Shown: positions 42,169-52,710 of the stretch, in pieces
How the letters are laid out: every line of letters starts with the position of its first letter
How positions within the stretch are numbered: position 1 is the first letter of the stretch
From: a virus
IMG/VR virus record: IMGVR_UViG_3300045988_124470
Coordinates: 1 to 59,707 of that record
Strand: one strand, 5' to 3'
Length of the DNA stretch: 59,707 nucleotides
Translations under genes and position numbers: made by a program
The notes under the pieces: generated by a model
Seen by the model: only the letters and a program-made list of their open reading frames with translations
Told to the model about the DNA's origin: nothing
Database searches by the model: none

Positions 42169-44136
42169 ATGTATTACAGATGTGAGTTATTGGTAAACGG
42201 AATAGCGTATGATGCCACGAATGAGCTTGTAAATTGGGCTGATGTGGAAATGTCGTTCAAAAGAGGAGACTATGACGGGGTAGTCCGCAGTTTTTCCACA
42301 AAATTTGAGTTTGCTAACGGGGCTTTTTCATTGTTGCTGAAAGAATATCTGGAGCAGTATTTAAATTCTTCCGCCACAATAGTGTTCTATATACGTAATA
42401 ACTCATGGCTTCTCAACGAAAAGTTCAGATGTGCGCTTGACTTCTCTACATTCACATATAGCAATACGACGTGCGAAATAAATGCCGTTGATAACAGCCT
42501 CGCAAGCTTGATTAAGTCCAAGAAAGGTACGCAGTATGAATATCCGGTTAGTGAATTGAAAGATAGTACCCCTCTTTACTATGATAGGTTGGAAATGACA
42601 AGCCATATAGAATGGCTTATACCCAGCCAAAGCGACAGTAGTGATATTGTCTATGAGTTTACGGCAAGTAACGGGAAAGATTTTTATATGGTTCCGCTTT
42701 ATATAAAAACTTCAGAAATAGCTACAAAAAACATAATAGAAGTTTATGATGTGGAATATGAGAAGATAACAGAAAAAGAGAATGAACTCAGTGTAAAAAA
42801 TAAATTTCCTTATTTCTTTGATAATATATCCGCAAGGCCGCTGACTGTTTCCATTAAGTGTAAATTTGATATAGCGCATCGATTGTTCGTATCAGAATTG
42901 GTATTACATAAAATAGATAAAAGCGGAAATCACACAAATGTATACAATCTCTCTCTTCCTGATAGAAACCCGACTGTACATACTGTTGATATAGACAAGA
43001 CGGTTACATTGGAACCGGGAGAAAAATTATCCTTATTTTTCCATGCGGTAAAAACGACTACCGGCGGGAATGTAACCGTGACCTTATCCAACATGACTAT
43101 TCCAATGACGATAGAATTTATTGCAAGGGATAAGCCGATAGATGTGGATGTAATTAAGCCTGTTACTTTATTAAACAGATTGCTTCGGTCTATAAACAAC
43201 GATAAGGAGGGTGTCATAGGAGAAATAGCTGTGCCCGATAATCCCAATTTATATATCGGTATAAATAACGCATTGATTGTTCCGGCAGAAAGTATAAGAG
43301 GGTTGGAAAAAGCAAAGGTATATACCTCATACACGAAATTTGCAAATTGGATGAGTGCCGTTTTCGGGTTTGTGCCTGTAATCGGTGAGAACAAGGTTAC
43401 ATTTGTGCCTCGTGATACCCTATTTCAAGACAGGGAAGTTAAAGATTTAGGGGATGCTGTTACAGACTTTTCATATAATGTAGATTCATCAATGGTTTAT
43501 TCAAGGGTAAAAGTCGGATATGACAAGCAGGATTATGACAGCGTAAATGGGCGTGATGAGTTTCATTTTACAAATGAATACACTACGGGAGTTACACTGA
43601 CTGATAATGTTTTTGAGATGATAAGCCCTTACCGTGCAGATGCATACGGAATTGAGTTCCTTGCTGCAAAACAGGGAGAAAAGACTACCGATAGCGACAG
43701 TGATAACGACGTGTTCTTTGTAGGAGCTTTACTTAGCGATTCAAAGTACAAGCTTATTCGGTGGAACGTTTCAGGGGTTATATCGCCTTCCACTATGTTT
43801 AACGTTATGTATGCGCCTTTCTATATGATTGATGCCAATAAAGTTTTTTTAGCTGCATTTGCCCAGACACTCAATTTCGCTTCATCTGACGGGAATAGCG
43901 ATGTCTCGTTCAATGGGGAGAGCGTGAAAGACGATTTTGTATTAGGCAGCAGATTATTCTCGGTGGGTGAATTGTCCGTTGAAACTGGCGATTTGGAAAC
44001 TCCTTCCGACTTATCCGGCTATATTCGGGTAGAGAAGAACGGGCATATTTATAAAGGTTATGTAAAAAGTGCAAGCTATAACTACGGCAGACCGGAAGCG
44101 GTAAAATATATTTTGATAGTAAAGGATGTGAATTGA
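42169..44136 (+). CDS. Tail tip/baseplate structural protein (by position)
   Basis: 655 aa downstream of the TMP. Confidence 0.5.
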   Translation: MYYRCELLVNGIAYDATNELVNWADVEMSFKRGDYDGVVRSFSTKFEFANGAFSLLLKEYLEQYLNSSATIVFYIRNNSWLLNEKFRCALDFSTFTYSNTTCEINAVDNSLASLIKSKKGTQYEYPVSELKDSTPLYYDRLEMTSHIEWLIPSQSDSSDIVYEFTASNGKDFYMVPLYIKTSEIATKNIIEVYDVEYEKITEKENELSVKNKFPYFFDNISARPLTVSIKCKFDIAHRLFVSELVLHKIDKSGNHTNVYNLSLPDRNPTVHTVDIDKTVTLEPGEKLSLFFHAVKTTTGGNVTVTLSNMTIPMTIEFIARDKPIDVDVIKPVTLLNRLLRSINNDKEGVIGEIAVPDNPNLYIGINNALIVPAESIRGLEKAKVYTSYTKFANWMSAVFGFVPVIGENKVTFVPRDTLFQDREVKDLGDAVTDFSYNVDSSMVYSRVKVGYDKQDYDSVNGRDEFHFTNEYTTGVTLTDNVFEMISPYRADAYGIEFLAAKQGEKTTDSDSDNDVFFVGALLSDSKYKLIRWNVSGVISPSTMFNVMYAPFYMIDANKVFLAAFAQTLNFASSDGNSDVSFNGESVKDDFVLGSRLFSVGELSVETGDLETPSDLSGYIRVEKNGHIYKGYVKSASYNYGRPEAVKYILIVKDVN

Positions 44137-44152
44137 TTATTTTCAAAATAAT

Positions 44153-44211
44153 TATTTGGAATTAGTCTAAATAGTACGTATATTTGCGCAAGATGTGTGA
44201 AGTTACACGTC
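44153..44211 (+). promoter_or_regulatory. Late promoter/leader-hairpin module copy B
   Basis: -33 TTTG (44155-58), -7 TAtaTTTG (44179-86), hairpin gatgtg-TGAAGTTA-cacgtc (44192-44211). The leader gacgaaaagacATG is identical to the terS leader. Confidence 0.65.
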
Positions 44212-44233
44212 ACTGTAAAAAGGACGAAAAGAC

Positions 44234-45112
44234 ATGGTAAAAGTTGGTGATGTTTGCCCTCTTTTTTTCTCACCTATAAAATATGAGTTTGGGCTTGATA
44301 TGGACTATATTCAGAAGTTTCACTCTTCTGACAAAATCCATATACAGGTATTTGCTAATGCTTCAGAGGAAGTATCAGCGAGCCTAAACGACCTTGCAAC
44401 AGGCAATTCCACATCAATACCACTTTCTACATATAATCACAATGGTAACGTAGTGATGTATTACACCATTCTCCGAGACTTGGAAGATGCCATATATACA
44501 GTAACAATCAATGGAAGTACCTCAGAACCTTTTATTGTATGTTCCTCTGACACTCTATTAGAGGAAACAGTACTTATTCGTTATTCTCATAAAAGCAACA
44601 ATTCCTCTTTTGATAATATATTCTGGATTGATGATATTCAGCAGATATTTAATTTTCGTGTAGAAGCTGGTTTTAAGCCGAACGGATATTCGCCTCAGAT
44701 AGATAACGAGCAATACCGTAATCAAATGCAGGAAATAGAAGAATTATATGCAGTGCCCTATGATGTGTATAATCTTACGATAGGGAATTCGAGCGGTGTT
44801 CCTTATTGGTTCGCAAAACACATAAACCGTATCCTATGCCTTTCTATGGTGGAAATTGATGGAACAAGATATGTCCGTTCGGAAAGTTCTGTGCCTGAAA
44901 TGACGCAAGTTATTGAAGATAGCCAATTGTTCCAAATAAGCATGGCTCTTGAATTACAGAATAACGACATTGCGGGTATCGGCGGCTCTCCTGAAGCGGG
45001 TTCTTCCGCCTCTTTCCCTGCATTTCTGATAGACCATGCCAAAGATGGGGAAGTATTGCAATACGATAAAGGAAAGGCGGCATTCACTAATACAGATAAG
45101 CTTGGGGTATGA
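44234..45112 (+). CDS. Tail/baseplate structural protein (by position)
   Basis: 292 aa; 4-nt overlap with the next gene. Confidence 0.5.
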   Translation: MVKVGDVCPLFFSPIKYEFGLDMDYIQKFHSSDKIHIQVFANASEEVSASLNDLATGNSTSIPLSTYNHNGNVVMYYTILRDLEDAIYTVTINGSTSEPFIVCSSDTLLEETVLIRYSHKSNNSSFDNIFWIDDIQQIFNFRVEAGFKPNGYSPQIDNEQYRNQMQEIEELYAVPYDVYNLTIGNSSGVPYWFAKHINRILCLSMVEIDGTRYVRSESSVPEMTQVIEDSQLFQISMALELQNNDIAGIGGSPEAGSSASFPAFLIDHAKDGEVLQYDKGKAAFTNTDKLGV

Positions 45113-47385
45113 AAAAAAGACTTAGTAAAATATTGTGGTTTGGTGACGCACTTGATGAAAACCATCAGGCGATACCCCCTGCTTTATCTCCGAGTGACGA
45201 AGAGCATCTGCAAGGGTTAAATCTTGGGGAAATATATATCTGTGTTGCAGATGCCGACCCTGCATTGTTTATCAGAACTTCTGCCGACCGGATTGTCTAC
45301 TTTAAGGCTCTTGATATAGAGGCTCTATCAAAGTTCTTTATAAGAAAGGACAGGCCGGACGAAGCAGGATTTTTAATAAAGTTCTTAGGTGGATTATTTT
45401 CTGACTACATCCAATCAATGAACTTTTCTTCCGGTGCGCTCGGTGAGGGGTTTGTCATCAAAGTAGACAGCAAGACGGGTAAATCCTACATTGAAGTGGA
45501 CGAACTCTTTGTCCGCATAAAAGCCATGTTCTCCGAATTGGAGATAAAGAAGCTTTCCTATGCAGGCGGAAACTACATGTTCACCGCTGCCGGAATGAAA
45601 TGCGGCAAAGTTGAGGAACACGAGGATTTTTGGCGTTGCTATTTGTTGGTTGACGATGGTGAAACGGCTATTGAAAACCCGTTCAATGAAGGCGACCAGG
45701 TACGGTTTCAAGACTTCAATATCAAGCCGGGTGTCTACGAGAATGTATCCAACCGTTACTATTGGCGCCTATGCGTAGGTGTCGGCGAGGATTATATAGA
45801 CCTTAGCAAAACGGACTGTGACGCCAACAGTGACACACCGCAAGAAGGCGACAGTCTTGTACAGCTCGGCAACCGCACAGACAAGAAGCGTCAGAATGCA
45901 ATAACATTGTCTGTGTATGGTGATGATGCGCCAAGTATCCATCAATACGCCGGAATAGATTCCTATTCAATGGCGGGCAAGGAAGTGACGGTTATCAGTC
46001 CGCAAGGTAACAAGTTCATGGGTGACTTTATTTTGAAGACCGGCATAAATATTATGACCCAGTTCAAGATATTGGAAGACCTTATTTATTCGGAAATCTC
46101 CAAAGTGCTTGACGAAATACAGGCAGAGGATAACTACCTGTACAACTCGGCATTCGCATCCAATACGAACGGTTGGGAAGCGAAGAACGACATTCACTTT
46201 TTCACCGTAAACGGAAAATTCTTATTGGTGAATGGGGAGTTCTATTCCCGTAAGGATGCTATGGCGGCAGTAGTACGATATGGAGACAGAAACGTGCTTC
46301 GTATCCTTTCTTCCGGAATAAAACAGTTAAATGCTGATTTAGCCAATAAGCCGACCTATGAGGAAGGAGAAGAACCGAAGAAGTTCTTTATCTCTTTCCG
46401 GTATAAGGTAGTTACAGCCGGAACACTTACGATAGGCTTTCCCGGTCAGAACCTGCATTTCACCGAACAACTCGAACCGGGTGAAGAATATACAATGAAG
46501 GAGTATTCCGGCACATGGGACGGAACTGGTGATTTTGAGTTGAAGTTTACAGGGGACATATACATACATTCGTTGGCGTTGACCCACAACGCCTATGAGG
46601 ACTTGTACACAAAGTTAAGTTCAGAGATAGAGCAGACCGCAGAAAGCATTAGACTGGAAGTGAAGGAGCTTTCGGAGAGCAATAATCAAAAGTTCTCACA
46701 AATAGAACAGCGGGCTGATAGCATTGCATTATCTGTTGAAGAAATTGGAGACAGCGTAAAGGAGTTAGGTATTAAGATTGACGGAATAAATGATGAAATT
46801 TCATTATTCGTTAAAAAGGACGACATCATTAATTCTATAAACGTCAGTGATGAAGGAATAGTTATAAACGCCAATAAAATCAATTTAGAAGCGTACACTC
46901 CCAAAGATGGGGTTATCGCTGCTATAAATTTCGGAGATGAAGGAATTAAGATTAATGCAGAAAAAATAGATATATCCGGAGCTGTTACATTTGACTCCTT
47001 GAATAGCACCTTACAAAACACTATTAATGAGAAGGTTTCATCGTCCTCTCTTGGCGGACTTGCATACGAAGATGCAGTTGAAGCATCTCAATTAGGAAGT
47101 ACTATCATTGTTGGCGGGTATTTAAACTCTAATTTCATAAAGGTAGACACTTTAGAAGCCGGGTTAACTGATGGGAGAGGTAGGGTGAAAATAGATTATG
47201 AAGGATTTCGTATAAACACGGATTTAGGTGCTGCAATTGAAATGGGAACTGAAACGGTATCCAATACTTATGGTGGGTATATAATAATAAGAGAGTTCGT
47301 AAGACTTACCTCTCCTTATTGCAAGCTATCAGCAGACGGTTTGGTTTTCTACAACTCTGATGGTTCTGTAGATAGATATTATTAA
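45109..47385 (+). CDS. Tail fibre / host-specificity protein
   Basis: 758 aa with a coiled-coil region and repeated beta-helix-like units (DEGIVINANKINLEA / DEGIKINAEKIDISGA). Confidence 0.55.
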   Translation: MKKRLSKILWFGDALDENHQAIPPALSPSDEEHLQGLNLGEIYICVADADPALFIRTSADRIVYFKALDIEALSKFFIRKDRPDEAGFLIKFLGGLFSDYIQSMNFSSGALGEGFVIKVDSKTGKSYIEVDELFVRIKAMFSELEIKKLSYAGGNYMFTAAGMKCGKVEEHEDFWRCYLLVDDGETAIENPFNEGDQVRFQDFNIKPGVYENVSNRYYWRLCVGVGEDYIDLSKTDCDANSDTPQEGDSLVQLGNRTDKKRQNAITLSVYGDDAPSIHQYAGIDSYSMAGKEVTVISPQGNKFMGDFILKTGINIMTQFKILEDLIYSEISKVLDEIQAEDNYLYNSAFASNTNGWEAKNDIHFFTVNGKFLLVNGEFYSRKDAMAAVVRYGDRNVLRILSSGIKQLNADLANKPTYEEGEEPKKFFISFRYKVVTAGTLTIGFPGQNLHFTEQLEPGEEYTMKEYSGTWDGTGDFELKFTGDIYIHSLALTHNAYEDLYTKLSSEIEQTAESIRLEVKELSESNNQKFSQIEQRADSIALSVEEIGDSVKELGIKIDGINDEISLFVKKDDIINSINVSDEGIVINANKINLEAYTPKDGVIAAINFGDEGIKINAEKIDISGAVTFDSLNSTLQNTINEKVSSSSLGGLAYEDAVEASQLGSTIIVGGYLNSNFIKVDTLEAGLTDGRGRVKIDYEGFRINTDLGAAIEMGTETVSNTYGGYIIIREFVRLTSPYCKLSADGLVFYNSDGSVDRYY

Positions 47386-47405
47386 ACACTTTAACTTTAC
47401 AATAT

Positions 47406-47711
47406 ATGAAAGTCAATTTTAATCAACCCTTCAAAAATTACAAAGGAGAAGTTATTATAGAAGATAATGGTACTCCGCAATTAATTAAAAATGTAGTTTC
47501 CGCATTGTTATTTAGCGGGAAATGGCTTGAAAAAAAAGCAAATGCTAAGCCGGAAGAAAAGGTTATGGCATACGATTTAAGTATACGTATTTATAAAGCT
47601 ACAGACGAAATGGAATTAAACATCGAAGAAGCAGCAATGATTAAAGAGGCAGTTGCATCTCTTAATCCCGGCGGCTATGTACAAGTAATTAATTTAATTG
47701 AGGGGAAATAA
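47406..47711 (+). CDS. Hypothetical protein (101 aa)
   Basis: ORF track. Confidence 0.6.
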   Translation: MKVNFNQPFKNYKGEVIIEDNGTPQLIKNVVSALLFSGKWLEKKANAKPEEKVMAYDLSIRIYKATDEMELNIEEAAMIKEAVASLNPGGYVQVINLIEGK

Positions 47712-47980
47712 TGGAAATTACAAATGTTAATAAAAAAGGAACAACAAGAGTTTCTGATGACATACGTATCAAATACAACATGTCTGTAGATAAATCTGAA
47801 AAAGTTAGTGCTATGACAGCCAATATAGTAAAGGGAGATACTATTGTGGGGTTCTACAATGTTTCCGCCAATGGTGTTTTAGGGCTTTCTTTTAGAGAGA
47901 ATAATGAATTGACAGCAGAAGAAATGAAACAGATATTTGACAATGCAATCAATGACTCTGTCGAAATACTAAATAAATAA
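47711..47980 (+). CDS. Hypothetical protein (89 aa)
   Basis: ORF track. Confidence 0.6.
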   Translation: MEITNVNKKGTTRVSDDIRIKYNMSVDKSEKVSAMTANIVKGDTIVGFYNVSANGVLGLSFRENNELTAEEMKQIFDNAINDSVEILNK

Positions 47981-47988
47981 TTTGCGTT

Positions 47989-50199
47989 ATGGCTTGGACT
48001 GAACAGGATTTACGAGAAATAGAAGATGAATTAAAAAAAGATTCACAAGGCGTTGGTGATGTACCAGAAGCGGAAAGTTTGGACGGTATCACATCATTAC
48101 CTGCATATCAAGAGAAAGATGGAGAGGAGATTATTGTACGTGCTCCACTTGAATTATTAGCCGCTCCTGCTTTGGAAGCTGCTGATAAGGCAAACGAAGC
48201 CGCCGATAAAGCAGAAAGTAATGCCACCGCAGCACAGACAGCCGCAAATACCGCCAATGAGAAAGCAGAACAGGCGGCACAAGCTGCATCCGATGCCACC
48301 GCAGCTAAAGAAGAAGCGGAAGCAGCTACTCAATCCGCAAACAACGCCGCCTCAAATGCTGAAGAAAAAGCAGAAGCCGCTAATACAGCCGCACAAGATG
48401 CCGAAAAGGTTGCCAACAATCCGACCTATATAGGAACAGACCATTATGTCTATGTGTATAACAAAGAAACAGATAGCTTCGACAAGACGGGTATTTATTG
48501 CAAGGGCGAACCGGGAAGTTCTTTCCGTGTTGCCGGAGAATACGCCACCCTTGAAGCCTTGAAATCCGCCGTTCCCGACGGTTCGGCAGTTGACGGGTTC
48601 ATGGCCGTAGGTACTGAAGCTCCTTACGATTACTACGCATGGGTAAACGGGGAGTGGGTTAATCAAGGGAAGATAGCGGGCGGCGGTTCGGGGAACGTGG
48701 TAGTTATTCCTGCTGCTGCGATGAGCCTAAGCGACCAAGCAACATCCGATGAGATATTTAATGCCTTTGGTGGAAAGCAGAATTTAATAGATATAATAAA
48801 AAAAGTAAAAGATGAAGATTGCGTTGTCATAGCGAAAACCGATGATAACCCTAATGCCGTGTTGCAACAAACATTCTCGGTAGTAAATGCGACTTATGTT
48901 AATGACAATAACCTGATACTTGGCTTGGCTTCTTGGAGTGTAGATGTCACTTCGCAAATGATAATCCAAGTGATTGATGGTATTGCATCCTATAATGAAA
49001 TATCTACACCACTTATGACCGAAGCCCCCTCTGACGGCAACACTTACGGTCGTAAAAATAAAGATTGGGTGGAAGTTCCCGAAAAGTCAGATGTGCTCAC
49101 TAAAGACAATGAGACGGAATATACGCCTACGCAAGCCTACCATCCTGCCACCAAAAAATATGCGGATGCTTCCAGTCTGTATAAAGTGTACGATTTAGAC
49201 CTCAATGTTATTGACCGGACAGGAGTACTCCTTTTATGGGAAGCCGAGAAAGATGAATATAACGCAACTGTTTACAGAGGCATTATGATGGGTAGCCTTT
49301 GTACTATTCCTTTGAACGGCATTACTCAAACAGGAACTATACCTTTGGTTTCAATGTTCGCTTCTTTCAGAAAAAGTGACGAAAATAATGAAATTGATTT
49401 CATATATGCCAAAGGCTCCTCCGGCATCCGTGTGGCACCCGCAACTGTTATTTATAACAACAAGGATTACACTGCTCTGCAAATTGAGGTTAGCGGTGAA
49501 GCTGATATTAAGAATTTCGTAGGTTATTTTGACCGTCCTCCTTTGCTTACATGGGTTCCTTATCTTGAAGAAACCGGAAGCGGTGAAGTTATCCTCAACG
49601 AAGAAATCAACAATAACATCGATGTTTCTGCTGCTAAGGAGCTTGTAGGTTCTTCCGATGTTCTTACCAAGACCAATACTTCTGCTTATACTCCGACTAA
49701 GGATTATCAGCCTTCAACAAAGAAGTATGTTGATACTGCTATCTATGGAAAAATAATTAATGCGGATAGTGGAACTATTTCCAATGATTTAGTTGCCAAT
49801 GGTACAAATTTAACGGGTATAGATGCAGAAGAGAGAGTTATGAGGTATTTTGGTAATCTTGCTAATTTTAGAAGTGTGGTTCAGGATATAGTAGAAAATC
49901 ATACAAGATATTTTATTCATAATGGCAATGATTGCAGAGAATTAGGTTGCTTAAATGTTTGGAAAAATACGGGAAACACTGAACATGAATTACATTTTAT
50001 ATTAACAGGATTTGGTGATGGAAATTTACATACAAAAAGGTATTCAATAAGAATCACTGAGAATACTGATGATGCAAAGTTTATAATAGTAAATATCGTT
50101 AGTTCCGATAATCTCAAGACTGTTACTAAGAAGTCAACAGAGGAGTATGCAGCCATTACTAATAAGGATGCCAATACAGCATATTGTGTAACCGATTAA
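47989..50199 (+). CDS. Tail fibre protein
   Basis: 736 aa. Ala-rich coiled coil (AADKANEAADKAESNATAAQTAANTANEKAEQAAQAAS...). Duplicated fibre motif SDVLTK.N...YTPT..Y.P.TKKY.D at about aa 366 and 558. Confidence 0.65.
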   Translation: MAWTEQDLREIEDELKKDSQGVGDVPEAESLDGITSLPAYQEKDGEEIIVRAPLELLAAPALEAADKANEAADKAESNATAAQTAANTANEKAEQAAQAASDATAAKEEAEAATQSANNAASNAEEKAEAANTAAQDAEKVANNPTYIGTDHYVYVYNKETDSFDKTGIYCKGEPGSSFRVAGEYATLEALKSAVPDGSAVDGFMAVGTEAPYDYYAWVNGEWVNQGKIAGGGSGNVVVIPAAAMSLSDQATSDEIFNAFGGKQNLIDIIKKVKDEDCVVIAKTDDNPNAVLQQTFSVVNATYVNDNNLILGLASWSVDVTSQMIIQVIDGIASYNEISTPLMTEAPSDGNTYGRKNKDWVEVPEKSDVLTKDNETEYTPTQAYHPATKKYADASSLYKVYDLDLNVIDRTGVLLLWEAEKDEYNATVYRGIMMGSLCTIPLNGITQTGTIPLVSMFASFRKSDENNEIDFIYAKGSSGIRVAPATVIYNNKDYTALQIEVSGEADIKNFVGYFDRPPLLTWVPYLEETGSGEVILNEEINNNIDVSAAKELVGSSDVLTKTNTSAYTPTKDYQPSTKKYVDTAIYGKIINADSGTISNDLVANGTNLTGIDAEERVMRYFGNLANFRSVVQDIVENHTRYFIHNGNDCRELGCLNVWKNTGNTEHELHFILTGFGDGNLHTKRYSIRITENTDDAKFIIVNIVSSDNLKTVTKKSTEEYAAITNKDANTAYCVTD

Positions 50200-50209
50200 A
50201 ACAACAATT

Positions 50210-50647
50210 ATGAGTAACGAAAATAGTAATCTTAGAGTTGGTTCGGCTGGGGCTGGGCTGTTTGTGGGTAGTACTGAAATCTTGGGTGGTGGAGTAGCAA
50301 ATTTACTAAAGGAGATTACCATTGCATCTGATTATGAAAATCAAGCCTATGCAAGTAGGATTTTGATTGCCAACTTTAGTGATAATGATGGAATAACTCT
50401 TGAAAGAGAAGGCTCTCCGACTATCATTCCTGCACGCCACATAGAATGGTATAGTTTAAATGCAGAAGTAATGGACTATAATGTTTATAATGACGGTGAT
50501 ATAAACGTTAGATGTTTATCGGCTCATGTTGACAATGGGGCTGGTAATCCCCAAATTGTATTTGAAGATGTAACAGTTGAAAATGGATTTAATTGTATAA
50601 ACTGGACAAAGTATTTCACAGTGCTATTAATATTTAATGCTATTTGA
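50210..50647 (+). CDS. Hypothetical protein (145 aa)
   Basis: ORF track. Confidence 0.6.
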   Translation: MSNENSNLRVGSAGAGLFVGSTEILGGGVANLLKEITIASDYENQAYASRILIANFSDNDGITLEREGSPTIIPARHIEWYSLNAEVMDYNVYNDGDINVRCLSAHVDNGAGNPQIVFEDVTVENGFNCINWTKYFTVLLIFNAI

Positions 50648-51089
50648 TATGAAAACAATCTACTTAGACAACTGGCTCGCCAAAATGATTTTGTTTGGTA
50701 ACTACACAACGATAATGTTCTTCGGCTTTATCTTATCCATTCTGAAAGAGATAACCGCCGAAACAGAACGCCATGAGCGTACACATCAGAAACAGTTCTT
50801 CGAGTGCATGGAGATAGCGGCTATTCCGTCCGCATTATTATCATTCTATGTCAGCGCATGGTGGTTGCTCCTTATCCCGCTATTCTATTACATTCTGTAT
50901 TTGGCAGAATGGTTTGTGAGCTTCGTGTACCACTTGTTTACGGATGATAAGATAGATGGCGGCAAGGTAAACAATAACGCTTACCGTGCAAGTGCGTTTG
51001 AGATGGAAGCCAAACTCAACCAAGACAATCCGAACTATCTGAAAGAGCGGAAGTGGGGAGCGTGGTTCCACTATTACGGCAAGATATAA
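50637..51089 (+). CDS. Membrane protein with an HExxH motif
   Basis: About 3 TM helices plus HERTH (HExxH) after the first TM. Confidence 0.55.
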   Translation: MLFDMKTIYLDNWLAKMILFGNYTTIMFFGFILSILKEITAETERHERTHQKQFFECMEIAAIPSALLSFYVSAWWLLLIPLFYYILYLAEWFVSFVYHLFTDDKIDGGKVNNNAYRASAFEMEAKLNQDNPNYLKERKWGAWFHYYGKI

Positions 51090-51355
51090 AACCCGTCCTA
51101 TTCTCACGAATAAGGCGGGGACTGGCAGACTTTCAATCAACAATAAGCATATATATGTATGAGTAGAAACATTGTAAAATCTGCCCTATAAACAAACAAC
51201 GTGAAAAAACCTTATCTATGTTATCACAACAATGCAAGGAATCAATCTAAACGTTTATCATTACCAGATAATGCTTATTGTCGGGTTATCGTTTATTGAA
51301 CATTTATAAAACGCATCACAAAGATAAGAATAATTGTAATACAAACAATGGAAAG

Positions 51356-51814
51356 ATGAAAGGCAACATTATTACACAAAGCATACCTGGGGGATTTTCG
51401 GTAATAGCGAGTAGCTTTATTATGCAGTCATTGGAACACATGATACCGTGGCTGATAGTGACATTTTCAGTCGTAGTGTGTGACTTGGCATTTGGAGTGA
51501 GGAAAAGCCTGTTGATGGGCGAGGAAGTGCGCTTTTCCAGTGCTATCCGCAGGACTATGGGTAAGATGGTGACTTACTTCGCTTTTGTATGTATGGTGGT
51601 GATGATAAACATCGCTTCCGGAAGCAAGTGGAATATTGATGTGTATTCATGCCTGTTTGTCTGCTTTATAGAGTTCTGCTCTATTATAAGTAACATTCTA
51701 AAGCCCAAAGGATATAATTTCAACTTACTAAAAGCATTAGGACTATTCGGTAAAAAAGTACTCGATGTTGAGAAAGAAGATATGAGTGAAATAATAACTA
51801 AAGATAAGGAGTAA
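51356..51814 (+). CDS. Holin (phage_holin_4-like; start trimmed to Met at 51356)
   Basis: Multiple TM helices; VVCDLAFGVRKS...FIEFCSIISNILKPKG fits the holin-4 pattern (D..tG ... E..Si.eN....G); lies upstream of the endolysin. Confidence 0.65.
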   Translation: MKGNIITQSIPGGFSVIASSFIMQSLEHMIPWLIVTFSVVVCDLAFGVRKSLLMGEEVRFSSAIRRTMGKMVTYFAFVCMVVMINIASGSKWNIDVYSCLFVCFIEFCSIISNILKPKGYNFNLLKALGLFGKKVLDVEKEDMSEIITKDKE

Positions 51815-51818
51815 CAAA

Positions 51819-51998
51819 ATGAAAAAGAAATTGATTATCGCAGCGATTGTTATCGCTATCATAGTGGGAGTTATGCTTTACATGCACTACACTCCGTTTT
51901 GGGTAAACTTGACTACTGTTGTGTCATTCGGTGTTGGTGCGGTTGTCGGTTGGGTGGCTCGTGTGGTTTATGACAAATACTTTAGAAAGGAGAAATAA
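51819..51998 (+). CDS. 59-aa two-TM protein between holin and endolysin (not in the ORF track)
   Basis: Hand translation: MKKKLIIAAIVIAIIVGVMLYMHYTPFWVNLTTVVSFGVGAVVGWVARVVYDKYFRKEK. Confidence 0.55.
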   Translation: MKKKLIIAAIVIAIIVGVMLYMHYTPFWVNLTTVVSFGVGAVVGWVARVVYDKYFRKEK

Positions 51999-51999
51999 T

Positions 52000-52404
52000 A
52001 TGAGATACTTTACAATTGCAGAACTGATTAAAAGCGAAACGGCTGATAAGAAAGCTATAGATAACAGACTGCCGAAAGAGTTGCTCCCCAATGCACAAGC
52101 GTTGGTTGACAATGTTCTCGACCCGTTAAGAGAGGCTTACGGCAAGCCTATCACAGTAACAAGCGGATACCGTTGTCCTGCTTTGAATAAGGCGGTAGGC
52201 GGCTCTAAAACAAGCGACCACATGAATGGATGTGCTGCTGATATTGTCGGTACTCCGAATACCCCGAAAGAGAACAAAAGGCTGTTCAATCTTATACAAG
52301 AATTGAAGCTTCCCTTCGACCAGGTCATTGATGAGAAAAACTTCTCATGGGTACACGTCAGCCACCGAAGGGAAGGCAACAGGAACCAAGTATTGAAACT
52401 CTAA
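52000..52404 (+). CDS. Endolysin, peptidase M15 (LAS-type metallopeptidase)
   Basis: SGYRCPALNKAVGGSKTSDHMNGCAADI ... WVHVS (H..D..H zinc-ligand pattern); start trimmed to the Met at 52000. Confidence 0.85.
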   Translation: MRYFTIAELIKSETADKKAIDNRLPKELLPNAQALVDNVLDPLREAYGKPITVTSGYRCPALNKAVGGSKTSDHMNGCAADIVGTPNTPKENKRLFNLIQELKLPFDQVIDEKNFSWVHVSHRREGNRNQVLKL

Positions 52405-52416
52405 AAAGTAAACATC

Positions 52417-52707
52417 ATGGCAGCAGAAATTTTATCATTTGAAAAGAACGAAAGCGAGAACGCGTATTACGCAACATTTGCCAGCGACGGCAATCCCGTT
52501 ACCATACAGATAAAGAATAAGGGCGGCTTAGTTACCGCATTTGCGGGAATCGATGATTTGGAGCCTGTTCCTCTTTACCCCAATGCATCCCAGAATAGCG
52601 GTGCTCCTAATGTAATTTTTCGCATCGTAGGGATAGCAAATGGTATAAACATTACAATCAGAAGTGCTACCGAAGTATTGGAAGCCAAAATGATTAAAGA
52701 GGGATAG
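52417..52707 (+). CDS. Hypothetical protein (96 aa)
   Basis: ORF track. Confidence 0.6.
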   Translation: MAAEILSFEKNESENAYYATFASDGNPVTIQIKNKGGLVTAFAGIDDLEPVPLYPNASQNSGAPNVIFRIVGIANGINITIRSATEVLEAKMIKEG

Positions 52708-52710
52708 CCT

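Noticed and set aside
27671-50199. Stop-codon recoding, suggested by the amber-like (CUA) reading of tRNA-like element 2
   Set aside because: Late genes translate as long uninterrupted ORFs in the standard code (for example the 1283-aa tape measure, 758-aa and 736-aa fibres, and 626-aa terL). There is no evidence for TAG or TGA reassignment in this genome.
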